From the NCBI GenBank assembly GCA_050613775.1, contig JBODTK010000108.1:372001-436000 (forward strand): a stretch of DNA of 64,000 bases, given 5' to 3'. This DNA is from Neocallimastix sp. 'constans'. Its lineage: Eukaryota. A program made the translations under genes and the position numbers. Below, piece by piece: positions 13,562 to 29,400 of this stretch (positions within the stretch are counted from its first letter, which is position 1; the number at the start of each line of letters is the position of its first letter). The notes below the pieces were generated by a model. It was not told the DNA's origin and made no database searches. It worked only from the letters and a program-made list of their open reading frames with translations.

Positions 13562-14435
13562 ATACATAATACATAAATTAAACCAACATTTTTTAATTTT
13601 ATTTTTTATAACACACAATATATATATAATATTTTATTTTTCTATTTTATTTTATTTTTATTTTATTTTATTTTATTTTTTCTTTTTTTTTTTTTTTTTT
13701 ATTTTTATTTTTATTTTTATTTTTATTTTTTCCATATATAATTCACAATGTACATATAAATTTTTAATCATTTAAAAACTGATATAAAATAAAATAAAAA
13801 AGAAAATCACGTAAAAACAAATTTTTAAAGCAATTAAAAAAAAAAAAAAGAATACCAATGAAAAAAAGAAAAAAATTATAATTTATTAATTTTATAGGCA
13901 AATATACTATAGAAAAAAATTATATAAAGTTAACCTTCATTTTATAAAATAAATATAAAATAGAAATAAAGAAAAAAAGAATTATCAAAATAAATTTTAA
14001 TGTTTTTATGAATATTCTGATTTTTAAAAAAATATTTATAATCCACGTGATTAATCATTAATAATATTAAATTTTTTATAGATTTAAATATTTTTACTGC
14101 CTTTAATATAATAAAAAATTTTTTATTTAATTTTTTTTATGAATAAATTTATTTCTTTTTTTCATTAAATTAATTTTTTTTATATAAATATTCCTTTTTT
14201 CCTTAAAAAATAAAAAAACTAAAAAACTAAAAAACAAAAAACCAAAGTAAAAAAAATTTAAATAAAAATATAAAAATAAAATAATAAAAAAAATTAAATA
14301 AAAAAATTAAAAACTAATAAAATATAAAGAGTATTAAAAATTATAAATAAGTTTATTAATAAATCTATATATAAAAATAAAAAAATATATTAATAAATTA
14401 AGCAAACAATCAAAAAAATAAATTAACAAATAATA

Positions 14436-15299
14436 ATGGATATTGAAAAGGAAAAAAAATTTAATAAGAAAATCATAATTGGATTTATTTATTTTATTAT
14501 TACTGTTGCTGTAATACTTCTCGTTTTTAGTTCCTTTACTGTGATTGATGCTGGTCATACAGGTGTTGTGGTGAGATTAGGAAAAGTATCAGATAATGTT
14601 CTTAACGAAGGATTTCACTTCAAATTACCAATTATTACAAATATTGTTAAAATTGATAACAGAGTACTTAAAACCGAAGTGGAATCCAATTCTGCTTCTA
14701 AGGATTTACAATCTATTTCTTCAAAAGTATCAGTAAACTACAGAGTAAATACTAATTCTTCTGCTAAGATTTATAAGAATGTTGGTAATAACTTTAACAA
14801 TGTTATTGTAAATCCAGCTATTCAAGAATGTATGAAATCAGTTACAGCTAAATACAATGCAGAAGAACTCATTACCAAACGTGCAATAGTATCTTCAGAA
14901 ATGGAAAAAGAAATTTCACAAAAGATTAATCCTTATGGATTAAATATTGAAGTATTCAATATTATTGATTTTGACTTCTCAGAAGAATTTAGTAAAGCTA
15001 TTGAAGCCAAACAAACAGCTCAACAACAAGCATTAAAAGCCGAACAAGATCTTGCAAGAATTAAAGTTGAAGCTAGTCAAACGGTTGAGAAAGCTAAAGC
15101 AGAATCGGAAGCCTATCAACTTAAAAATCAACAATTAACAGATAAAGTTATTATGATGGAATTTGTTGAAAAATGGGATGGAAAACTTCCTGTCGTTACA
15201 TCAGGAGGATCAGCATTATTTGATATGAATTCTTTTATTAACACTAATGGACTTAAAGATGATAAAAAGGAAAATAATAATAAGTTTTCATTTTTTTGA
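14436..15299 (+). CDS. SPFH/band-7 protein, array copy 6
   Basis: 287-aa ORF with a copy-1-type N-terminus and copy-5-type core. A one-base loss in the A-run near the end extends the C-terminus (KKENNNKFSFF). Confidence 0.92.
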   Translation: MDIEKEKKFNKKIIIGFIYFIITVAVILLVFSSFTVIDAGHTGVVVRLGKVSDNVLNEGFHFKLPIITNIVKIDNRVLKTEVESNSASKDLQSISSKVSVNYRVNTNSSAKIYKNVGNNFNNVIVNPAIQECMKSVTAKYNAEELITKRAIVSSEMEKEISQKINPYGLNIEVFNIIDFDFSEEFSKAIEAKQTAQQQALKAEQDLARIKVEASQTVEKAKAESEAYQLKNQQLTDKVIMMEFVEKWDGKLPVVTSGGSALFDMNSFINTNGLKDDKKENNNKFSFF

Positions 15300-16128
15300 A
15301 CATAAAAACATATCGAGAATTTCGTTGTATTTATTTCAAACTTTCTATATAATTTTGTATTTAGTATATAAATGAATAAAAAAAATAAAATAAAAGTATA
15401 TTATCTATTAAATATGTAAAAATATTATTATAATAAAATGTAAATTTATAAAGTTTTACAATATTTAATAATAATAAATTTATATTATAATATAATAATA
15501 TTGTCTTTAAATTTATTATGAAAATACAATACAATATTAAAAATAAATAACAGATATTAATATTATATAAAATAATAACATTAATTTTAACATTAAATAC
15601 TTTGCCATAAAAATAAAATATTGCAATTTTCTTTAAATATTATTGAAACTATTATTAAAATAATTATTTGAAACATGTAATATAATTTTATAATAACTAA
15701 TCAATTATATAAATTTTATATTAAAATAAAGTAAAATAAAATAAAAAATGATGAAATTTATTTAAATGTAATAAATAGAATCATAAATAAATAAAAGATA
15801 TTGATCTATGTTAATGTACTATATTAAATTTTATTTTGTTTTATTTTTTATTTATTTATTTATTTATTTTTTTATTTTATTTTATTTTTTTTAATTTTTA
15901 ATAATTATAATACCAATTATTAATATTTTTTAGATTATATTGTTAGTTTTTTAATAATTATTTAAATAATTATTTTAATATAATAATAAAAAAAAATAAT
16001 ATATATATATAGTTCATTTTATGTGGATTATGTGGATTAAATAAATTCTGGAATTAAAAATTTTTATAATAATTTGAATTATTTTAATAAAAACATAAAT
16101 TTTAAATAATTTTTATTTAATCCACATA

Positions 16129-16284
16129 AATCAACAATTAACAGATAAAGTCTTTATGATGGAATTTGTTGAAAAATGGGATGGAAAACTTCCTGCAGTT
16201 ACATCAGGAGGATCAGCATTATTTGATATGAGTTTATTTATTAATAGTAATGGACTTAAAGATGATAAAAAAGGAAAATTATAA
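16129..16284 (+). pseudogene. SPFH 3' fragment (NQQLTDK...KWDGKLP...DDKKGKL*)
   Basis: Matches the last ~50 codons of the array genes plus their 3' UTR. The 5' part is absent, and the fragment begins at an inverted repeat. Confidence 0.9.
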
Positions 16285-17512
16285 TAAATATGCAATTTAT
16301 TTTGAAAATAAAAACAAAACGGGAATTACGTTGTATTTATTTCAAACTTGTATATATATTTTATATAATATTGTATATAATATATAAATAAATTAAAAAA
16401 CGAATACAAAAAATAGGTTATCTATTAAATAGGCTATATTATTATGATATAATATAAATTTATAGATTGTTATAATATTTATTAAATAATAATAAATTTA
16501 TATTATAATATAATAATATTGTCTAAATGATTTTATAAAAATATAATAAAATAATTGAAATACTAATATAATAATAATTATGATAATAATAATATATAAA
16601 TAATAATATTAATAATAATTATAATAATGATATTATAAATAATAATAGTAATAATAATAATAATAAATAATAGTGATAATAATAATAATAGTTATAATAA
16701 TAATATAAATAACAATAATAATAAATGTTATATCCTAAAATAAAACTCTACTATTTTTTTTATTAAAATATCAATACTATTTAATAATAAGTGATGTATA
16801 GTTTTATAAAAAATATTAAATAATATAAAGTTTATATTAAAATTAAAAAAAAAAACTCATTTAAATAAATAAATAAATAAAAAAAAAAAAAAACATAAAA
16901 TTTTATTTAACCTAAAACTATGGAAATTAAATATTATGATAATGGTGAAATTCATGCTTAAATTGTTACACAAAGAAACAAAAATGGTTAAAGAAGATGA
17001 AATTAATATGAAAGAAAAATAAGTTAATGTAGTTACTAATATTAATGGTAATTGGTAGACTACTTCTGTTATCAGTATATTGTAGTATTGGGTATTTTAA
17101 TTATTATTTTTCTTTTTTTTTAGACAAAGAATAAACTTTATGGATACTTAATGAAATACGGTTAAATTGATTTAAATGAGATAATAAAAAATGTGCTTAT
17201 ATACAAATAAAGGCAAAGTTATTTTGATATTTCAAAATCTAGTATAAATTTAATTAAATTCAATTATGTTTCATAATTTTTTTTTTCGTTAATTATAATA
17301 AAATAATTAATTTATATTAACTATATTGATAATCCTTTTTTTTTTTTTTTTTTGCTAAACACACAATACGTGTACAATATAATAATTGATTTACTAGAAA
17401 ATTTTTATATTAAGGAATATTCCTTTTTTTTTAAAAAAAAAATATATATATATATCAATAAGTGATTAATAACTATTAATATACTTTTTAATAATTTTGT
17501 TAAATTGAAAAT

Positions 17513-17740
17513 GAACAAGATCTTAAAAGAATTAAAGTTAAAGCTAGTCAAATAGTTAAAAAGGTTAAAGCTAAATCAGAAAATTATCAACCTAAAAATC
17601 AGCAATTGTGTGATAAAGTCATTATGGAATTTGTTCAGTAATAGGATGGAAAACTCCCTACATCTGGAGGATCAGCATTATTTGATATGAGCTTTTTTAT
17701 TAACACTAATAGACTTAAAGATGACAAAAAAAGAAAATAA
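17513..17740 (+). pseudogene. Degenerate SPFH 3' fragment
   Basis: Reads EQDLKRIKVKASQ...; has in-frame stops (cag TAA TAG gat gga) and small deletions, and lacks the 5' part. Confidence 0.88.
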
Positions 17741-18920
17741 GATTAACAAATACGGATTTTTGGAAAAGAAACACAAATCGAGAATTATATTATATTTATT
17801 TCAAACCGTCATTTTAAATATAATAATATTAATAATATGATAAATTTTTATTATTAAATAATATTTTCTAATAAATAATATAAAATATATATAGAAATAT
17901 AAAATAAAATTCATTTTAAATGTAGTAAAAATGTCAAAAATAAAAAAAAAAGTATAAGAAAAAATATATTAAGTAAATCATTTTAAATGGATAAAGCTAA
18001 CTATATAATAAAATGATAAAATATTACAATTTTAAAATTTTTACTATTAATTATTTGTATTATTATTTTAATAATAAAATAATTATTTTTTTTTTTCTAT
18101 AAAATAATTTTTTTTTTATTTTAGTATGTAGTATCGAATATCGAATTAAAATTTTTATATTGAAATAATAATAATGAAAAAAAGAAGTTAATTATTTTTT
18201 TAATTATATTAAAAAAAATCTAAATTTAAATATTTTAAATTTCATAGAACATTCCAAAATATGTTGATAAAAATATTTTTAATTTTAATATTTTTTTTAA
18301 AAAAAATTTAAAATTTATTTATTATTTCATGAAGATTCAATAATGTTTAAATTATAATAAAGAGACGAAATTGGATAAGATTAATTATAAATTAATATAT
18401 TAATATGGAAGATAAAGCTTATTAAATTACAATAATTAGTGGTCTAGACGTAATGATCACCAAAGTTAATAAAAATTATTAAATTAATCATAGTCTTGAT
18501 TATGTTAATCTTAACTAAATTAAATGGTAGTTATTTATAATTACCAAATATTATTTTATTTATAAAAAGTTTAAATCATAATTATTTTATATAAAGCAAT
18601 AATAAAAACTTTACTTATTAAATTATTAATAATATCATTAATTTATGTAAACATAAATTTATTGTTAAAAAAAAATTTTTTTTAAATATTAAAAAAAATT
18701 TCATAATTTTTATTTATTATTTAATTATTCATTATTTTTATTCAGGGAGAAATTTTATAAAATAAAATATAATTAAATAATATCAATATAAGTTATATCA
18801 GATTATTTATGAGAATTTTTAAGTTATTCTTATTAATTAATACTATTTATTATTTTTTATTATAATAAATATAATCAAAAATAAAATAAATAAATAATAA
18901 AAAATTTTTATAGATAATAT

Positions 18921-18954
<34 letters not shown>

Positions 18955-19037
18955 ATAACTTAAAACAAATAAATAAAACTATAAATAAGAAAAAATATAT
19001 ATATAGTATAAGTTAATTAATAAAGAAATAAATAATA

Positions 19038-19904
19038 ATGGAGTTTGACAAAATAGAAGTAGCAAAGAAAAGAAAGAATAAGGTAATCATAATTAGTGTT
19101 CTTATTTGTACAATTAGTATTGTTGTACTAATACTCATTTTAAGCTCTTTTTCTGTGGTCAACGCCGGTCACACGGGTGTTGTGGTGACCTTAGGTAAAG
19201 TATCTGATGAAGTACTGAGCGAAGGACTTCATTATAAAACTCCATTTTTTTCAAAAATTGTCCAAATTGATAACAGAGTACTTAAGACGGAAGTAGAATC
19301 TAATGCTGCTTCCAAAGATTTACAAACTATTTATTCAAAAGTATCAGTAAACTATAGAGTAAAAACCAATTCTTCTGCTAGTATTTATAAGAATGTTGGT
19401 CAAGACTTTAATAATATTATTGTTAATCCAGCTATTCAAGAATGCGTAAAATCTGTTGTTGCAAAATATAATGCAGAAGAACTTATTACTAAACGTACAT
19501 TAGTATCTTCAGAAATGGAAAAAGAAATTTCACAAAAGATTAATCCTTATGGATTAAATATTGAAATATTCAATATTATTAATTTTGATTTCTCAGATGA
19601 ATTCAACAAAGCTATTGAAGCCAAGCAAACAGCTCAACAACAAGCATTAAAAGCAGAACAAGATCTTGCAAGAATTAAAGTTGAAGCTAGTCAAACTATT
19701 GAAAAGGCTAAAGCTGAGTCAGAAGCATATCAACTTAAAAATCAACAATTGAGTGATAAAATAATTATGATGGAATTTGTTCAAAAATGGGATGGAAAAC
19801 TTCCTACGGTTACATCTGGAGGATCAGCATTATTTGATATAAGTTCATTTGTTAATACCAATGGAATTAAAGATGATAAACAAGAAAAGGAGGAAGAACC
19901 ATAA
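19038..19904 (+). CDS. SPFH/band-7 protein, diverged copy 7
   Basis: 288-aa intronless ORF with the same motifs but a distinct N-terminus/TM, EGLHYKTPF and an acidic C-tail (QEKEEEP). Confidence 0.93.
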   Translation: MEFDKIEVAKKRKNKVIIISVLICTISIVVLILILSSFSVVNAGHTGVVVTLGKVSDEVLSEGLHYKTPFFSKIVQIDNRVLKTEVESNAASKDLQTIYSKVSVNYRVKTNSSASIYKNVGQDFNNIIVNPAIQECVKSVVAKYNAEELITKRTLVSSEMEKEISQKINPYGLNIEIFNIINFDFSDEFNKAIEAKQTAQQQALKAEQDLARIKVEASQTIEKAKAESEAYQLKNQQLSDKIIMMEFVQKWDGKLPTVTSGGSALFDISSFVNTNGIKDDKQEKEEEP

Positions 19905-20823
19905 ATATAATTTTTTGAAAGAAAAACCCATCAGGATGTTTATTTAAAACCAGAATATATAATTTATATAATATTGAATAAAAAAATTTAAAAAAAAAAA
20001 AAAAAAAATCAAAAAACTCAAATAGAAAATTAGAAAATGTAGTTTATTGAATAATAAATATTATTATAAATTTTATGATTTTATTTATATAATAATTTTA
20101 TAGTGTTTTTGAATGTTGTAAATATCAAAAAATAAATAAATAAATAAATATAAAATAAAAAAATAAATACAATAAATAAATAAATAAATAAATATAAAAT
20201 AAAAAAAAAATAAATACAATAAATAAATAAATATATAAAATAAAAAAAAAATACAATAAATAAATAAATATATATAAAATAAAAAAATAAATATAAATAA
20301 ATAAATAGATAAATATATAATAAAAAAAAAATAAGTTAATATATGAAATTTTTTATTTATATTGTTATTTATTCATATATATATATATATATTTTATTAT
20401 ATTTTATTAACAATTATAGTTTTTATTATTAAAAGAAATATGCTTTTTTATTATTAAAAGAAATATTAATTAAAATTATACAGTAAAGAAAAGATAAAAT
20501 AATTTTAAAAATTAAGTTTTATGAAGATTCTAATTTTGTTGGTAATAACTTTTTTTATATTAAATAATAATATTAATTAAAAAAGAAAAAATAATTATAT
20601 TTAATGAGTTAATTATGACAGCTTATCATTATAAAGGTGGAATTAATATTAAATTTATTTTTAACAATGAGATATAAATAGAAATAAAGGAAAAAATATT
20701 ATAAAACTAATTTTCAATTTTTTTTTTATTCAATTAAAGGTAATATTCTGTTTTAAAATAATGTATATTTTAATATGATTAATTACTACTAATTATTTTA
20801 TTTTATATTTAATTTTTATTTAC

Positions 20824-21329
20824 CATTTCCGGTTTTACTCACAAGGAGTTTTTACTGAATATGGTAGTTAAGGTTACAAGTAAACATTTCACCTCCTTAT
20901 ATATATATATATTATTCTTAATCTCCTAAGAATATAGGCAAGACACTCTCTTAACTGTAGGCCTGAGAGGGTTGCCCAAGTACAATCATTTAATATATTT
21001 ATGAGGGTACATATGTATATAGATAAATTCTATCAAAGCAGTATTTCTAATATGTAATTACCAAGTGAGTTAAGACGTATCTAATTGGGTCATGTTATAG
21101 TGAGCTCTCTAAAGGGCATTAGGAACTGGAGGGGCACTCCAAGAAAAAGCGTATTAGAAAGTTCTCAGTAAAAATATTCATGTAAGAGCGCCAACGCTGA
21201 ACATTCAGTAAGGCCGTCCAGCATAGACAATATCCACCTATGCGAAAGTATACTGAAATGTTGTGACTACACTAATATTCCCATGTCTTGAGGGGGGGGG
21301 GCTAAATGGCGGTACACACTGGAAGTATA
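20824..21329. other. GC-rich non-coding island with hairpins; probable non-autonomous mobile element or structured RNA
   Basis: Sharp GC rise in AT-rich DNA, no ORF, several stems and a G10 run. Weak terminal inverted similarity (ATTTCCGGTTTTAC versus the reverse complement of GTACACACTGGAAGT). Confidence 0.45.
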
Positions 21330-21614
21330 AAAAAAAAATTTTTTTATAATAAATTATTAATTATTTTTATATAACAGTTAAATTTTAAATAATTCTTTAA
21401 TATATATATTCCGTTAATACTAATACATTAAATTATTTTTTTTATATGAATACTAAAATTTTTTTTTTTTTTTAAAAATAAAAATTAACAAAAATCTAAA
21501 AAAACAAAAAAATAATAATAAAAATTTATAAAATATAAAAATAAAACTTATTAAACTATAAATAATCTACACAGAAATCTAAAAAATCAAATTAATAAAT
21601 AAAAAAAAATTATA

Positions 21615-22416
21615 ATGAATTTTGAAAATAAGAAAAATAATATTAATAAAAACAAAACAACATTATTTTTATGCAATTATTGTTAACATATTAATTCTCT
21701 ATTTTACTTCATTTAGTGTAGTTGATGGTTATACAGGCATTATAGTGAATTATGTGCTCAGTAAAGGATATCACTTCAAAATTCCTATTATTGCAACAAC
21801 TGTCCAAATTGACAATAGAGTAGCTATAACTGAAGTCAAATAAAAAGTTGTTTCCATGGGCTTACAATCTATCAATAAACTAATCAGTAATTATCAATTC
21901 ATCTTCTAGTATCAATAGGAATGTTGATAAAGAACTTAACAATGGCATTGTAAATCCAGCTGTTCAAGAAATGTATAAAATCTACTACTGTCAAATATAA
22001 TACAAAAGAAATCAGAACGTGGAGTAATATTTTAAGGAATGAAAAAAGAAATTTTGCAAAAGATAAATCCTTATGTATTAAATATTGAAGTATTTAATAT
22101 TATTAATTTTGAGTTCTCAAAAGAATTCAGTAAAGCCATTGAAGCTAACAAACGGCTCAACAACAAGCATTAAAAGCCGAACAAGATCTAGCAATAATTA
22201 AAGTTGAATCTAGTCAAACAGTTGAGAAAAGTTAAAGCAGAATCGGAAGCCTATCAACTTAAAAACCAACAATTAACAGAAAAAGTCATTATGATGGAAT
22301 TTGTTGAAAAATGGGATGGAAAACTTCCTACTGTAACATCAGGAGGATCAGCATTATTTGATATAAGTTCATTTATTAACAGTAATGAACTTAAAGATGA
22401 TAAAAAAGGAAAATAA
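21615..22416 (+). pseudogene. Full-length SPFH pseudogene, frameshifted
   Basis: ATG at 21615; recognisable FSVVDGYTG, GYHFKIP, IDNRV; stop at 21841 and several indels. The 3' third is almost intact. Confidence 0.9.
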
Positions 22417-23944
22417 TAATAATAAATATGCTTTTTTTTTTGAAAATAAAAAAACACACCGGAAATTACATTTTATATATTTCAAACCATCATATATAAT
22501 TTAAATAATATTATATATAATATATAAATGAAATGAAAAGATATAAAAAAAATAATAATAAAATAAAATAAAGAAAAGTCAATGTAAAATGTAAAACTTT
22601 GTATAAAAGAATTAATAATATTATTATGATATAATATAAATTCTTAAAATATAATAACTAATAAAAAACTTACAATAATGATACCTTTAAATGCTATTAT
22701 GAAAATAAAATACAATAGTAAAAATAACTATCAAATATATAATTATATATTATAATAGATATTTTATCAAGTAATACAAATAAACAATTAAGAAATATCA
22801 TACCCTAAAAATAAAATATCTTTAGTCTATAAAATAAAATTAATATAGAAAAAAAGAAAAATAATAATTTAAAATATTATTTTCTAATATATAATATAGA
22901 TTATAACAATTTTCTTTAACACTTTTTTGAATATTATAATTTTATTTTAATAATAAATTTTTATTTAATGATTAATAAATTTTAATATATATTATATAAA
23001 AAAAATAAAAAAAATAAAAAAGTAAAAAAATACTAGGTAATATAAACTTTATAAAAAAGATAATTATCTCATAATTATTGTTGATAATGTGATGGACGTA
23101 TTATTTTAAGGTTATTAATATAAAATAAGTATCTTTGAATATATTAGAAAAATAATATTTATAATTAATATTATATATTTTTTATTATATTGAAATGCAC
23201 CACAGAATAATCTATTTATTTTAATACTATGTTTAAATTTATTAATATAATGTAATTTGTGAGGTATAAATATCACAAAGAGGTCTATTGGTTAGATACT
23301 TAATTTAGTAGTAATTCTGTTAAAAAGAAAAAGAAATATTTAAACAAAAAAAAGGACTCTTATTTTAATAATTGAATAAAAGTACTTAAGCAAGTTATTT
23401 AAATTAAACATTATATCATATCAATAATCATGTGATTACATTATTATTCTGCTATTTAATTAAATAAATTGTTATAAGAAAAAATTAATATTATAAAAAT
23501 ATATGAATTTAAATCATATATTATAAAAATATGTAATTTCACCAATATATATATTCATTCAGACCACGTATTTGCTTCATAATAATAAACTTTAATTAAT
23601 AATATCATAGGAATTATTGTAATTAATATAACAGAATTATTGAAATTAGTTTTAATTGAAATGAGATTCATTTATTATTAATTTCAAGTTATTGATACTT
23701 GTAGTTAAAAAATATTTTCTAAATAATAATTTAAAGGAAAAAGAGTAAAATCTATAATAAATATATTTATATTGATTTTTAAAATTTTGTATAATTTTTA
23801 TATATTATATATAAATAAAATAATTCGAAATTCTTTTTTAAACATTAATTGATATTATTTCATGTATATAAAATTTGATTAATAAAAATCAATTAAGTAA
23901 AAAATATTTATTTGTATAATTTGAAAATTAAGAGAGATTTAAAT

Positions 23945-28257
<4,313 letters not shown>

Positions 28258-28620
28258 TAAATATTTAAATATGTTTGATAAAAGCATAAATATAATAAAA
28301 AAAAATAATATAAATTAATATGATATATAATGTATAAATTTATATAACTATATATATATATATCTTTTAAATAATTTTTTTTATATGCATATTTAATTAT
28401 TTTATTATATTATATGTAAACTTGTAAACAATATTTGTCAATTTTTTTTTAAAAAAAAAAACAAAAAAAAAAATACTTTATTCAAAATATTAATATTTAA
28501 TATAATATCATTTAAAGTTAATTAAAATTTTATTATTATTATTTTTCTATTTATTATAAAATAATTATAGATACCCATTATTATATTTTTAAAATAAATA
28601 AATATTATTATTAAAAATAT

Positions 28621-28657
<37 letters not shown>

Positions 28658-29339
28658 TTTTTTCTTTTTTTACTAAAAATTTTACATATAAGAAAAAAAT
28701 TTGTATAAATATATATATATATAATTAATGGACTGTCATATAATTTAATATTTTTTAAATTTATTTTGTATATTTTTATTCATATATATTTTTTAAACCT
28801 TTACTAATAATATGTTAGTATTTGTTAAATATTATTAAATATTAATTTTAATTTTTTTATTTATTTTTTATTTTTTTATTTTTTTTTTATTTTATTTTAT
28901 TTTTTTTTTTTAAATTTATATATTTTTTTTACTTTGAATAGTTTTAATAATTTATATATATATATATATATATAAATTCTATAAATTAAATGTATATTTA
29001 TATTTTAATTAATAATTTCAATTTTATAAAAATTTATATCAAAATTACATATAAAAAATTTTAAAGTTCATGGTAAATTTTTATTTATGGAAAGTGAAAA
29101 AAAGTGAGACAAAAAAATATTTTTTTTTTTATTTTATACTAAATTTAACAAATTTTATTCATATATCAGATTCTTTTTTACTTTTCTATTTTATTCATAT
29201 ATATATATTTATTTTTATTTTTAATTAAAAAAAAAAAGGAAAAATTTTAATCTTTCATTATTTTTTTTTAAAAGTATTTCAAATAATAATATAAAGTAAA
29301 TCATTGAATTAATTAATCAATAAAGTAATAAATATTTTA

Positions 29340-29400
<61 letters not shown>

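Larger units (their letters stand above)
1..16500 (+). repeat. Tandem array of ~2.7-2.95 kb units, each an SPFH gene plus spacer
   Basis: Start codons at 369, 3064, 6014, 8875, 11768 and 14436. Spacers share ordered blocks (ATGTGGATT, TAGAACATTC, GGTAACTAATTATTAT, ATTGTTACACAA, TCTAATATAAATTTAATCAA, GAATATTCTGATT). The array may continue left of the window. Confidence 0.92.

Noticed and set aside
1..22416. Bacterial contamination or pure assembly artefact as the source of the SPFH array
   Set aside because: Spacers have the same microsatellite-rich composition as the fungal flanks, differ substantially between units, include decayed copies and are contiguous with intron-containing MAD1. Read-level confirmation is still advisable.
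1061..22457. Short minus-strand ORFs overlapping SPFH starts and ends (MTSI..., MCFYFQ...)
   Set aside because: Antisense shadows that recur only because the gene is repeated.
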